A stretch of DNA of 64,000 nt, taken from NCBI GenBank assembly GCA_019058245.1, contig JAHPZJ010000020.1, forward strand, positions 9,986 through 73,985. The letters run 5' to 3'. Every line of letters begins with the position of its first letter. Position 1 is the first letter of the stretch. Source of the DNA: Promethearchaeota archaeon (GTDB taxonomy: Archaea; Asgardarchaeota; Lokiarchaeia; Sigyniarchaeales; SOKP01). The position numbers and the translations under genes were made by a program. The notes under the pieces were generated by a model that saw only the letters and a program-made list of their open reading frames with translations, did not search any database and had not been told where the DNA came from. Below are positions 38,211-48,714 of this stretch, in pieces.

Positions 38211-39665
38211 ATGACGAACGAATTTAAAGGAGAAGAAAAAGAAACAAAATCGGAAAAGGAAACTGATAGAGTAGATAAAGAATTCTTATCTAAAGCTAAG
38301 AATTCAAGAGATTTGATTGATAAAACATTAAGAAAATTTGAGAATAGTATCGAAGATATATCAGAAACTATTACAAACGGAGAAATAGCAACAGAAAAAG
38401 AGATTGAAAAGAAAGCAAAAGAAAAATTTGACGAAGAGACAAAAGAAGCAAGAGAGAAGTTAGAAAATATTTTAAAAAAAATAGATGATAAAGAAAAATA
38501 TTTAGCTGCAATTGAAGAGACTACTAAACAACTCGAGGAAAAATATAATCGAAAGACAGAAGAAATGACTAATTTAGAAGAAAGACTAACTATAACTAAA
38601 GAAAGCAAAGATAATTTAGAAGAAGAATATATGGAGCTTTTAAAGAATAATGAACAATTAGTTAAGGCATATGAAACAAGGCAGGTTGACTTAATTGTAC
38701 TTACAGATTCAATAAAAGAAAAAGTAGCAAATCAAGATGAATTACGTACTAAAATTTCAAAACACAATCAAGAAATCCAAGAGAAAGAAGATATCCTGGA
38801 TAAAATAAGAGAAGAATCGGAGGCATTAGAAAAAAAATTAAGAAGTCAAAGAGCTGAAAATGAAACTTTAAAAGTAAGTATTAGCAAAAATAAGATTGAA
38901 TTAGAACATTCCAATTCAGAAATTGAGGCAAAAGAAGAGGAAAAAAACCTATTAACTGAACAAGTTGATAAAAAGGAAAGAAGAATTAAAGAGATAGAAT
39001 CAAAGCTCGAGGAATATAAAGAAGGTTTTCCTGAAATGGAAAAGCAAAGGGAAACGTATGAAGAACTTCTTTCTAAATATAAATTACAGCTATCAGACAA
39101 ACAACAACAAATGATAGAGATTGAATCTCGAATACAAGAATTGAATGATACAGCAAATTCATTAATAGAACAAATAATTTCAAAAGATAATTTGATTGAA
39201 GCAAATGAAAAAAGATTTAATGATTTGAAACTGGATATAGAAACTTCAAATAGGGAATATCTTGAACGAGAAGGAAGATTAGAATCTTTAACTGAAAAAT
39301 TGAAACATGTAGAAGCTGATCATGAAAAATTAAGTAAAGCAAAAGAAGCTATTGAAAACAGCACTAATGATTCTAGAGCGATTCTACAAAAACTCAAAAT
39401 AGAATTAGAAAATCAAGAGAAGGAAATTCGAGATAAGGAAAGTAGAATTCATAGATTAGAGGTGTTATCAGCAATCTATAGAGCATCTAAATTTTTTGGT
39501 GGTATTTTAATTGGAATTGGAATTTTTTTCATAATATGGTCTGTAGGGATATTTTATAGTTTTATTGATTTCGGTGATGCCACAGATTTTATAATGGGTT
39601 CATTATTATTAATAGGAGCCATCTTCTCAATTATCTCAGGCATTTTTCATTTGGAAAAGTCTTGA
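38211..39665 (+). CDS. Long coiled-coil protein with two C-terminal transmembrane helices
   Basis: About 420 aa are E/K/L-rich with heptad periodicity. They are followed by FFGGILIGIGIFFIIWSVGIFYSF and IMGSLLLIGAIFSIISGIF. Confidence 0.7.
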   Translation: MTNEFKGEEKETKSEKETDRVDKEFLSKAKNSRDLIDKTLRKFENSIEDISETITNGEIATEKEIEKKAKEKFDEETKEAREKLENILKKIDDKEKYLAAIEETTKQLEEKYNRKTEEMTNLEERLTITKESKDNLEEEYMELLKNNEQLVKAYETRQVDLIVLTDSIKEKVANQDELRTKISKHNQEIQEKEDILDKIREESEALEKKLRSQRAENETLKVSISKNKIELEHSNSEIEAKEEEKNLLTEQVDKKERRIKEIESKLEEYKEGFPEMEKQRETYEELLSKYKLQLSDKQQQMIEIESRIQELNDTANSLIEQIISKDNLIEANEKRFNDLKLDIETSNREYLEREGRLESLTEKLKHVEADHEKLSKAKEAIENSTNDSRAILQKLKIELENQEKEIRDKESRIHRLEVLSAIYRASKFFGGILIGIGIFFIIWSVGIFYSFIDFGDATDFIMGSLLLIGAIFSIISGIFHLEKS

Positions 39666-39728
39666 TTTTTCGCATTATTAACCCATCTTTCCATCCTTGA
39701 ATCTTAAAATAAAAGTTATCTGTTAAAA

Positions 39729-41624
39729 TTGACTCAAAAAGAAGAAAAGACAGTTCTCCCTACTAGGACTGTAGGATTAATTATTGGGGTTGTTTATGGA
39801 ATTGGTGTTGGTATTGGAGGTTCTATATTTATCCTTTTAGGAAGAGCAATCCACGCAGCTGAATCTGGTGTTTTAATAAGTCTTATTCTGGGTGGTATTT
39901 TAATTTTTATTACAGCTCTGAATTATAGTGAGTTATCAACTAGTTTACCAGTATCTGGGGGTGCTTATAATTTTAGCAAAGAAGCCCTAGGAGGATTCTT
40001 AGCTTTTATAATTGGTTTTTTTTTATGGATTGCAAATATTGCAACCTTTTCATTTTCTGCTCAAGCCTTTTTTGATATATTTGAAGCTTTTTTCCCCTTT
40101 GAGTATGTTCCAATTATATCTATACTAATAACTATTACACTAATTCTTTTCACTGCTATTGTAGTGTTCAGAACTCATAAATTAGCTTTAAGAACACTTA
40201 TAACACTAACAGTCATCTTGTTAATAATCTTTGGAATTTTTATTTTTTCAGGACTTTTTATTGCTCCTATGAGTAATGTAACGGGATACGATCCAAGTTT
40301 TTTATTTTCTAATATTAACGTTTTAGCTGTTATAATACAGTTTTCATCATTATTTATTTTTTTTACCAGTATTACTTCAAATATTGCCTACTTAAATGCA
40401 GATATAAAAAATCCATCAAAAAATATCCCAAAAACTAACATTTTCGCTATTTTAATAACCTTACTCATTTATTTAGCCATAACAGTTGTAGTTCTTATTA
40501 ATATTGGGTCTATAAAGGGGTCTGAAGATTCTCCTATTTTATTGGCAAAAGTAATGAATAATGTGTTAGGTTTTCCTGGATATATATTAATGGGAATAGC
40601 TGCAGCCATCTCAACTTTTATTGCAATGAATGCAGCATTGGGTTCTGCAGCCGCAGTAATGTTTGCCTTAGCAAGAGATCATTATTTATCAAAAAAATTT
40701 TTAAAAGTAAGTAAAAAAACACAAGTTCCTACCTTAGTAATTATAATCACAACAGCAATAACTATTCTTTTTACAATTTTAGCTATTATGTTTGCAGACA
40801 TTGGATTTACTGCTAACATCACTACATTTATTTATTTTTTTGCATTGGCATTTGTTAATTTTGCTGCTGTAAGTCTAAGATATAAAAGAAAAGAACTAGA
40901 TCGTCCTTTTAAAGCACCATTCTTTCCTTATTTACCGGTTATAATTGGATCTACCTGTTTAATTTTAGCTTTTGTATTGAGTACAACAAATATCAATGCT
41001 GTATTTCTTGGTTTAATTTTTCTATTAATAGGAGTTACGTATTATTTATTAACAATAGCCGATCGTAATTCTATTACTTTAACCTTAGCGGGTTTAAAAT
41101 TTTTTGCTATAATTCTAATTGGTGTTTTTATTTGGGTAATAAATAATCTAAGTATTATAAGTTCCACTATAGATGGATTTACTTCTATTTTTTCTTATGT
41201 CTTATTACGAATATTGATATTTTTTTGTATTTTTACCCTAGGGACTATTTTTTTTGACGTTGTTCCACTCAAAGAAGTAATATATTTTTTTATAAAAAGA
41301 GTCACTAAAGCGGAAGTTGCGATTAATATTGGAATCGGGCAGATAATTGAGTTGAAAAAGAGTAAGGTTAGAATGATTTACTATATAAATAATATTATAG
41401 ATATTATACAAATTTTTGGTTCAGTTTTTATTTTTACTATCATATCACTGATACCATTGGATATTATTTCAATAGAAAGTATTACTTTTGGAAACACTAT
41501 TGTGTCTCAAAAGACATGTGAATTTATTTTTTTAGCGATTTTAGTTTTTCTCGCCACAATTCTTTTATTTAGCGGTTCTAATAGTTTATATTTAAATAGA
41601 GAAACTAAAACTCTTGGTCTTTAA
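39729..41624 (+). CDS. APC-superfamily amino acid/polyamine permease with an extended hydrophobic C-terminus
   Basis: It has a GIGGSIF...LNYSELSTSLPVSGGAYNF pattern and at least 12 TM helices, followed by ~180 additional hydrophobic residues. The start codon is TTG. Confidence 0.8.
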   Translation: MTQKEEKTVLPTRTVGLIIGVVYGIGVGIGGSIFILLGRAIHAAESGVLISLILGGILIFITALNYSELSTSLPVSGGAYNFSKEALGGFLAFIIGFFLWIANIATFSFSAQAFFDIFEAFFPFEYVPIISILITITLILFTAIVVFRTHKLALRTLITLTVILLIIFGIFIFSGLFIAPMSNVTGYDPSFLFSNINVLAVIIQFSSLFIFFTSITSNIAYLNADIKNPSKNIPKTNIFAILITLLIYLAITVVVLINIGSIKGSEDSPILLAKVMNNVLGFPGYILMGIAAAISTFIAMNAALGSAAAVMFALARDHYLSKKFLKVSKKTQVPTLVIIITTAITILFTILAIMFADIGFTANITTFIYFFALAFVNFAAVSLRYKRKELDRPFKAPFFPYLPVIIGSTCLILAFVLSTTNINAVFLGLIFLLIGVTYYLLTIADRNSITLTLAGLKFFAIILIGVFIWVINNLSIISSTIDGFTSIFSYVLLRILIFFCIFTLGTIFFDVVPLKEVIYFFIKRVTKAEVAINIGIGQIIELKKSKVRMIYYINNIIDIIQIFGSVFIFTIISLIPLDIISIESITFGNTIVSQKTCEFIFLAILVFLATILLFSGSNSLYLNRETKTLGL

Positions 41625-41640
41625 AGGATTTAAATTTAAA

Positions 41641-42378
41641 ATGTATCTTTACCCAAAAATAAATCTCCATATTCATTCGAATTATTCTGATGGAAAACAA
41701 ACAATCAATCAAATTGTTAAAAGAGCATTGAACTTAGGTTTAGATTATATTGCAATTACAGATCATTTTACTAACTCATGGAAATCTTGGGTCTCTACTC
41801 TAAGTAATCATGAAATGATCTCGAACTATTTAGTAGAAATATCACAAACTCAAAGATATTTAAAAAAAAATGATAGACAATTGAAACTTCTAAAAGGAAT
41901 TGAACTAGATTTAGGAAGTTCTGAACAATTCATTAAAAAATTTATTCAAATTGATAAATACGATTTAGTATTATTTGAATATCTTCAAAGTTATGAATCA
42001 ATTGCGTTTTTGAAAAATATTATTAATTTTTGGAAAAAATCAATAGAAAATTTAAATAATTTTCCAATTTTGGGACTCGCACATTTTGATCCGTCTTTTT
42101 TTATTTCGGGAAATCTTGATACTTTTATGAATTTTCTGAAAGATTATTATATTTATTTTGAATTCAATTCTAGCTATCCTTCATTTTATTCTCCTCAATA
42201 CATAATTTTTTTTGAAAAACTTAAAGAGTATAACATCCCAGTTGGAATTGGGTGTGATTCTCATAATCTTTCCAATTTAAATGATATTGAAGAACCATTT
42301 GAAATGATAGTTTATTATAATCTTGAGAATAATCTTGATATTCTAATAAAAACTCTAAAGACTAAAAAATTAGTTTGA
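41641..42378 (+). CDS. PHP-domain (histidinol-phosphatase-like) metal-dependent phosphoesterase
   Basis: INLHIHSNYSDG, IAITDH, GLAHFD and GCDSH metal-ligand motifs are present. The ATG at 41641 is preferred over the TTG at 41614. Confidence 0.7.
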   Translation: MYLYPKINLHIHSNYSDGKQTINQIVKRALNLGLDYIAITDHFTNSWKSWVSTLSNHEMISNYLVEISQTQRYLKKNDRQLKLLKGIELDLGSSEQFIKKFIQIDKYDLVLFEYLQSYESIAFLKNIINFWKKSIENLNNFPILGLAHFDPSFFISGNLDTFMNFLKDYYIYFEFNSSYPSFYSPQYIIFFEKLKEYNIPVGIGCDSHNLSNLNDIEEPFEMIVYYNLENNLDILIKTLKTKKLV

Positions 42379-42392
42379 ATTATGAATAACTC

Positions 42393-42794
42393 TTATCTAT
42401 CATAATTATTTTTATAAATATAATTAAGAAAAAGTTTGAAAGCCTTTTCAAAAGCAATATCAATAATTATCTCACTTTTGTCTTTTGGGTGATTTAACAT
42501 AGTTTTCAGTATTTTATTTTCAATAGAAAACATCTCTTTAATAGCATTCAGTCTTTTTCCAATAGGTAATTCTCTAACATATGCTATAGTCTTATTATTT
42601 CTAATTTGCCACTCTCTTATAGCATTCCAAGTTATGGCTTTTGTAATAGAATTTGAAAGCATTATATTTTGACTTAAAAATCTCGAGATTTCATTGATAA
42701 TTTTGGTTTCTTCTATTGTAGGTTTTACTTTTTCATATACTTCTTCAGTGTCCTTTAAAGCTTCTAAATTAAAATTAATATTATAAGATAACAT
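42393..42794 (-). CDS. Hypothetical protein (133 aa)
   Basis: The call rests on the ORF alone. No motif was recognised. Confidence 0.4.
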   Translation of the reverse strand: MLSYNINFNLEALKDTEEVYEKVKPTIEETKIINEISRFLSQNIMLSNSITKAITWNAIREWQIRNNKTIAYVRELPIGKRLNAIKEMFSIENKILKTMLNHPKDKSEIIIDIAFEKAFKLFLNYIYKNNYDR

Positions 42795-43149
42795 TGTCCT
42801 TAACCTCTGCTAAATAAATTGAGATATCAAAAAATTCTTATATAACCTAATTATTGATCAAGAATATATAAGTTTTAATATTGCTTGATATCTTTATTGA
42901 TACCTAATATATCTTGATTGAGTATCTAAAAATAATTTTATAAAATACATGTTTTTTCGGATTTGGAAAATAGGACACTCTCAAAATCTGGAGAATTATA
43001 AAAAAATTGAGATTTGATAATTGTAATTTCAGATTTATTTTTGCGAATTCAAGTATAAATTTTTCCCATTCATTAGAAATAAAGAATACGTTATTTTTAT
43101 TCAGAAATTAGTTTGTATTATAAAAATCTTTTTAAATTTTTTTTTTTTA

Positions 43150-43911
43150 ATGTTTTTTATGGATTTAGAAGAAAAAATTGATTTAGCCGCTCAATGGATA
43201 GCTGAATCAGAAAGGTTAGTAGTTTTTACAGGTGCTGGATGTTCAACAGCTAGTGGATTACCTGATTATAGGGGTCCAGATGGCGTTTGGACTAGACGAG
43301 ATAAGGGACTTCCTCCTCCAAAAAGCCCTCCTTGGGATCAAGTTAAACCTAATCCTAACCATTATCTAATTGTGGAGTTAATGGAAATGGGAAAGTTAAA
43401 TTATCTAATATCGCAAAATGTAGATGGACTTCATGCTAAATCAGGGATCCCTTTTGATATGCTCAGTGAACTCCACGGTAATTTATACTTCATGAAGTGT
43501 TTGTCATGTAATAAAAAGATGTTATTCGAAAAAGCAGGTTGGGATAAAGAAAAATGGGGTAAAGGATATAGAACACTACCAGTTCAAGAGGGACAACCTT
43601 CATGTCCTCATTGTGGGGGAAGATTAATATCAAGTATAGTAAATTTCGGAGATCCCTTACCTTATGATGAACTTGAAGAATCCATAAAACGATCTCAAAA
43701 AGCGGATACTTTTTTTGTAATAGGGTCATCCTTAGTAGTTACTCCCGCTGCAAATATGCCGGGGATTGCAAAACAAAATGGTGCAAAATTAATCATTTTG
43801 AATAAAGGTGACACACCTTATGATCATGTAGCGGATATAAAATTTGATAATTTGATTGAAGATATTTTACCTCCAATTATGGAAAAAGTAAAGAAACTAA
43901 TAAAGAATTAG
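43150..43911 (+). CDS. NAD-dependent protein deacylase, Sir2 (sirtuin) family
   Basis: GAGCSTASGLPDYRGPDG, QNVDGLH, ELHGN and the zinc site CLSCNK...CPHCGG are present. An alternative start ATG lies at 43159. Confidence 0.9.
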   Translation: MFFMDLEEKIDLAAQWIAESERLVVFTGAGCSTASGLPDYRGPDGVWTRRDKGLPPPKSPPWDQVKPNPNHYLIVELMEMGKLNYLISQNVDGLHAKSGIPFDMLSELHGNLYFMKCLSCNKKMLFEKAGWDKEKWGKGYRTLPVQEGQPSCPHCGGRLISSIVNFGDPLPYDELEESIKRSQKADTFFVIGSSLVVTPAANMPGIAKQNGAKLIILNKGDTPYDHVADIKFDNLIEDILPPIMEKVKKLIKN

Positions 43912-43929
43912 TAAAATCTTTAGTTATTG

Positions 43930-45570
43930 TTATTTAAGTCTAGCATAAATTTCTCTATTATCATTTAATTTCGTTAATAACTTTTTTGCTTCCTTATTTG
44001 ATAGCGAAAGAGAAATATCACTATTACGGCTTAAAGACCCTGTAAAAATCAGATGATTATCTGCAAAAATTTCAATATTTTGGCTTGCATATTTCGGATT
44101 AGCTTTAATGATGATTTTTTGTTTTTTTACTTCAACATCCAAATGAATTTTTTTTTCCTTTTTCATTCCACTAGAAGGTACCACTTTTCCCCTTGAAGGG
44201 TATTTAGAACTGATAGGATTCACCACAACATCATTTCCAAAATTATAAATCTCGAATTCTAAACGATCACTTTCAAAATCTCTAACTTCTACAACAGGTC
44301 TAGCTAAATCCTTATCTCTAAAACCATGAGGTACCTTAACAGTCATTCTTAATATTAAAACACTCGAAATATCTCCACCTTGGATAAAAATTATCGTATC
44401 AATAATAGATGAGAGCATTCCAAGCTCGATTCGACCAATAAATCTTTGAATGGCATCAATAGCAGATGATGAATGCACCACACCAACCATTCCAACACCA
44501 GATAATCGAAAATCAGCATAAACTTCAAAATCTCTTGTTGTTCTTACTTCGTCAAAAATGGTAAAATCTGGTCTTACTAGTAAAAGTATATCCGCTGAAT
44601 TTTCGATATTACCCTCAAGTTTTGTATATTGAGTGATTTCGGGTCTAACTTGTAAGTCTCTCACACTTTCAAGTGTTTTAACCACTTTATCATGTTCTAA
44701 ATAGAAATTAGCTAATGCGGCAGAAAATGTTGATTTACCTGCACCTGGAGAACCAGATACTAATATTCCTTCAGCTTTTTCAATTCTTTTTCTGAGCCGA
44801 CTATCAATAGAATAATCATCTAAGGTTAAACTAACTAAAGGTCTAACAGCAGTAATTTCAACATCACTAGAGAAGGGAGGACGTGTTATAACGATTCGAA
44901 ATTCCCTCATTTGAGCAACAACAGCTCCTTCTTTTTCAATTTCAATAAAAGAATGTTTATCTTCTCTTGTAACTTCTACAATCTCCATTGCTATATCTTC
45001 AATCAATTCATTTGAGATTAAGTCTTCTTTAATTTTGTGTAATCTCCAATTTCCTGGAGATCCCTTTTTAGCATAAGGAGGATTATTTCGCTTGAGATGA
45101 ACACTCATAGTCTCATCATCAAAATATTCAAATAATTTTAGAGAAAGCATTTCTTCTTCTTTTACTGCTCTTTTTTCCCAAGCAAATAATACTTCTAAAC
45201 CCTCAAATACACCAACATCTCCTTGTATTCTGTCTGCTGTTATTAGAATCGCATTATTCTTACGAGCTTCCTCTCTAATCAATGCATCAAGTTCACCACC
45301 TTGAGCTAGCTTTATTTCTTCTCTCGTTGGGCGTCTTCCTACAATAAGTAATTCAACTTTTTTATCATCATGAAGTTTTCGCAATTCTTTTAATACATTT
45401 AGTCCAAAAAATCCAATTTCTTTTTGCACATTTGTTCGATATTCAACTTCAGCAATAACGATATTACATATGATAATTTCTGGTTTTTCTCCCAATTCTC
45501 CATCTTCGATTAAATTAAGGATTTGACCATTAAAAATAATCGATGTATCACATAAAAATTTGTCTTGCAT
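43930..45570 (-). CDS. PIN domain + PilT-like ATPase + KH-like domain protein (archaeal COG1855-type)
   Basis: It has an N-terminal PIN-like acidic pattern (CDTS...EVEY...TADR), Walker A GSPGAGKST and Walker B ILLVRPDFTIFDE. The C-terminus is basic and beta-rich. Confidence 0.8.
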   Translation of the reverse strand: MQDKFLCDTSIIFNGQILNLIEDGELGEKPEIIICNIVIAEVEYRTNVQKEIGFFGLNVLKELRKLHDDKKVELLIVGRRPTREEIKLAQGGELDALIREEARKNNAILITADRIQGDVGVFEGLEVLFAWEKRAVKEEEMLSLKLFEYFDDETMSVHLKRNNPPYAKKGSPGNWRLHKIKEDLISNELIEDIAMEIVEVTREDKHSFIEIEKEGAVVAQMREFRIVITRPPFSSDVEITAVRPLVSLTLDDYSIDSRLRKRIEKAEGILVSGSPGAGKSTFSAALANFYLEHDKVVKTLESVRDLQVRPEITQYTKLEGNIENSADILLLVRPDFTIFDEVRTTRDFEVYADFRLSGVGMVGVVHSSSAIDAIQRFIGRIELGMLSSIIDTIIFIQGGDISSVLILRMTVKVPHGFRDKDLARPVVEVRDFESDRLEFEIYNFGNDVVVNPISSKYPSRGKVVPSSGMKKEKKIHLDVEVKKQKIIIKANPKYASQNIEIFADNHLIFTGSLSRNSDISLSLSNKEAKKLLTKLNDNREIYARLK

Positions 45571-45832
45571 GATGTCGTTTATTACTTTTTGATATATATA
45601 ATAATTATTTGTATAAAGCTTCTATTTGTTAAGGATATATACAATAATGAAGCTTAATATTTATTATTGGAGTGTATCCAGATGTCTTTTCTTTTCTAAA
45701 TAAAATTTATAAGAAAAGTAATTTAAATTAAATGATAACCAGTTATATTTATCTGTTTATTAGATTACAAAAAATAAGAGCTTTAAATATTCTAAAATTG
45801 AAGATTACAATAATATTTTCGTGAATTTAAAT

Positions 45833-48304
45833 ATGAGTCAAGAAATGCTATTTGAAAAAGATGGACGCTCTTTGGAAGATTTATTTATCAAAGAAGATAA
45901 TTATACGTTCTTGGTAGGGGCAGGAGTGTCAATGAATGCTCCTTCTAGTTTACCATCTGCAGTCAAAATTGTTAATAATCTAATTTCCCTCTGTGCTCCA
46001 GAAGAAGAAGTGCAAGAATTGCAAAATCTTGATGATTTGCGCTATGAATGGTTAGTAGAAGCAATTCAAGAACATATTGATAAAGAGTTTAAGTTTTTAG
46101 ATTTTTTTGACTATAAAACTACACCTAATTTACTCCATATTTTTTTGGCTAAACAAATTAAAAAAGGAAATTATGTACTTACTACTAATTTTGATTACAT
46201 GATAGAATATGCACTCAAGAGAGTTATTCTTGAGAGTGATCACTCAAAAATCATTCCAATAATCACTAAAGAAGATTTTATCAAATATCCGGATCCTCAA
46301 TCGCTTATTGATGAAGGTAAGTATCCTCTATATAAAATTCATGGAGCAAAAAAGAATTTAATAACTAAAGAAGATACGGCAGATTCCTTGGTGACTACAC
46401 AGCGAGCTTTAGGAAAACATCGCGTTGAGGGTGAAACCTTTTCTGTAGAAACATTTAAAAAACCAGCAATTCATAGTCTACTAAAAAATCGAAGTTTAAC
46501 AGTAATGGGCTACTCTGGAAGCGATGATTTTGATATAGGACCAATCTTAAAAGAAATACCTGATCTTAAAAGGCTGATCTGGATCAACCATTCATTCACT
46601 GAAATTCCTACTATAATTAAAGTGAATAAAGTAAACGATCCCAAAGTATGGGAAAATGAACTTAAGGTTGATCAATTCCTTGCTGAAATCCGATCTGACG
46701 TGAATTTTGAAGTAATTAAAGTTCAAGGCAATACCCATGACTTAGTGGAGAAAATTCTATGGCCCTCATTTTTCCCTAATATTCCTATACCTTCACTTAG
46801 CACGTCTGGAGATGATATAAAATTTGAAGATTGGATAAAACCTCATTATTCTTATGTTGATCTTGCACAAAAATATTTATTTGCATGTTATGTTTTCAGT
46901 GAATCCCAAAAAAATGATTCATTACAACGTTGCGCTGAGAAGGCTTTAACTATTGAGTCAATCAAGTCAAATGAAACTCATAGTGCATATTTACTATCAA
47001 TGATAGCTCTTGCTCATGTTTCAAAATTTAATTATCAAAAAGCTGCAGAATATTACCTGCAAGCCTTAGAAAAATTTAAACAAACAAATAATTATGAAGA
47101 AACTGCAAGGATTTTGATAAGTTTAGCCATGATATCTGATGCCATGGGTCGAGATGACCTTACTCAACAATATGCTGACCAAGTTTTGCCAATTGCTCAA
47201 AGAGAATCCATGCATGTTGGCTTAACTAATTTATATACCACATTAGCAAATAAATACAATAAACAAAGAGATTTTGATAAGGCAATTATGTACTTAGAAA
47301 AATCAAATAAAGAAGCCCAAGAAGCTGGAATCATTATGATAAGAGCAAGAAATTTACAAGGAATGGGATCAATGTACATGAATAAAGGTGAAATTGACAA
47401 AGCTATTTTAAAACTTGAAGAATCACTACGAATTTTTAAAGAATTTAAGAGTGCGATTCCTGATGCTTATATTAATCTCGCATTGATTTATGACCAGCAC
47501 AAAAATGATCCAGCAAAAGCAATTGAATATCTTAAGGAAATTATAAAGATTGCTCATTCATTTAAGGGTCGCACTTTACTGTCTTTAGTACCCTCACTAT
47601 ATACCATTTCTCGTCTCTATTTAAGATTGAATGATAAAGAAAATGCATTTAATTATAGTCTACAAGGAATAAAAACATATAAAAATCCCATTATTCAATA
47701 TAAGGTACAAGAGTTTATCACTAATAACCCTCAACTATTACAAGAAAATACAATGGTCTACATGGAATTAAATAAAATTGCTGCAGAGATATATCTAAAT
47801 GAGAAAAAGGACCATGCAAGTGCTATAAATTGCTTCAGGAATATTATAGAAGCTGCCGAGAAATTTGGTGGCGATGCTCTCGTAACTGTGCCTCCTACTT
47901 GGCTAAATATAGTTCGTATTTATCTACAATCGAATGATCAAGATAATGCTCTCGAACAATGTATACTAGCATTAAGATTTATGGATAGACCTGATGTAGT
48001 TCAAAAAATACAACACATCTCAAAGACAAACATGCAATACAAGATGCAACATGTTCAAACCATAGGGGAATTGTTTGCAATAGCTGCAGAGCTTTATGGG
48101 GTAAAGGGTAATAAGGAAATGGCTTCACAATATCAACAATTATACCAACAAGTTCAGATGAGTATGACACCTATGGGAGGATCACCAATGGACCAGATGT
48201 TTACCCAGGCAATGATGAATGCAAGTGGTACAGATGTATTTAAAAATCTCACAGGAGATAAGAAGAAAAAGAAAGAGAAAAAAAAGAAAAAAAAGAAGAA
48301 ATAA
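45833..48304 (+). CDS. SIR2_2-type (defence-sirtuin-like) domain fused to TPR repeats, with a Q/M-rich segment and polylysine C-terminus
   Basis: The N-terminus has FLVGAGVSMNAPSSLPS, LTTNFDYMIEYAL, LYKIHGA and VMGYSGSDDFDIG. About 400 aa of TPR-like repeats follow (AEYYLQALEKFK, AIMYLEKSNKEAQ, AILKLEESLRIFK, AIEYLKEIIKIA). The tail reads DKKKKKEKKKKKKKK. Confidence 0.75.
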   Translation: MSQEMLFEKDGRSLEDLFIKEDNYTFLVGAGVSMNAPSSLPSAVKIVNNLISLCAPEEEVQELQNLDDLRYEWLVEAIQEHIDKEFKFLDFFDYKTTPNLLHIFLAKQIKKGNYVLTTNFDYMIEYALKRVILESDHSKIIPIITKEDFIKYPDPQSLIDEGKYPLYKIHGAKKNLITKEDTADSLVTTQRALGKHRVEGETFSVETFKKPAIHSLLKNRSLTVMGYSGSDDFDIGPILKEIPDLKRLIWINHSFTEIPTIIKVNKVNDPKVWENELKVDQFLAEIRSDVNFEVIKVQGNTHDLVEKILWPSFFPNIPIPSLSTSGDDIKFEDWIKPHYSYVDLAQKYLFACYVFSESQKNDSLQRCAEKALTIESIKSNETHSAYLLSMIALAHVSKFNYQKAAEYYLQALEKFKQTNNYEETARILISLAMISDAMGRDDLTQQYADQVLPIAQRESMHVGLTNLYTTLANKYNKQRDFDKAIMYLEKSNKEAQEAGIIMIRARNLQGMGSMYMNKGEIDKAILKLEESLRIFKEFKSAIPDAYINLALIYDQHKNDPAKAIEYLKEIIKIAHSFKGRTLLSLVPSLYTISRLYLRLNDKENAFNYSLQGIKTYKNPIIQYKVQEFITNNPQLLQENTMVYMELNKIAAEIYLNEKKDHASAINCFRNIIEAAEKFGGDALVTVPPTWLNIVRIYLQSNDQDNALEQCILALRFMDRPDVVQKIQHISKTNMQYKMQHVQTIGELFAIAAELYGVKGNKEMASQYQQLYQQVQMSMTPMGGSPMDQMFTQAMMNASGTDVFKNLTGDKKKKKEKKKKKKKK

Positions 48305-48714
48305 TTCGATTATGAAAAATCCTGAACTCGCCAAATTGGGTCTTTAAAGTAATGCTTCCATTGAACTTTATTTAAGTTACATTGAACTGATAGAAAATCC
48401 TAAATTTGCAAAATTAATTATTCAAAAAAAGAGTTCTTGCTTTTTTTTATCAATATATTTATCTAATAAAAGAAAATCCATTCAAGAAATACATCCTATT
48501 CCCAAAATTAGCTATCACGCATTTTAAACTCCAAACTTAATCTATTATTTTTATTGTGAATTCTCAATAAAATTTCGTTTTAACCTTGAAAGGTAAATTC
48601 AGTGTCTGTTTTTAGTTAAAATTCTACTAAAATAAATTATTCAGACAATAAAAAAATCGAACTTATAAATCAATAAATTAAAAAAAAGGTTTTGATTAGT
48701 AAAGAATAGGAGAA

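Noticed and set aside
38189-38608. 139-aa ORF on the minus strand (and the similar one at 38846-39100)
   Set aside because: It is antisense to the E/K-rich coiled-coil gene. The S/F/L-rich product is the mirror image of GAA/AAA-rich codons, so I treat it as not a real gene.
43138-43149. T12 run immediately upstream of the sirtuin ATG as a terminator
   Set aside because: No co-oriented gene ends upstream of it. It is more likely part of an AT-rich promoter or leader, and function cannot be assigned from sequence alone.
48340-48400. Local direct repeat ccattgaact...acattgaact in the gap after the SIR2_2-TPR gene
   Set aside because: It is a single 9-nt repeat pair, which is expected by chance in low-complexity AT-rich sequence.
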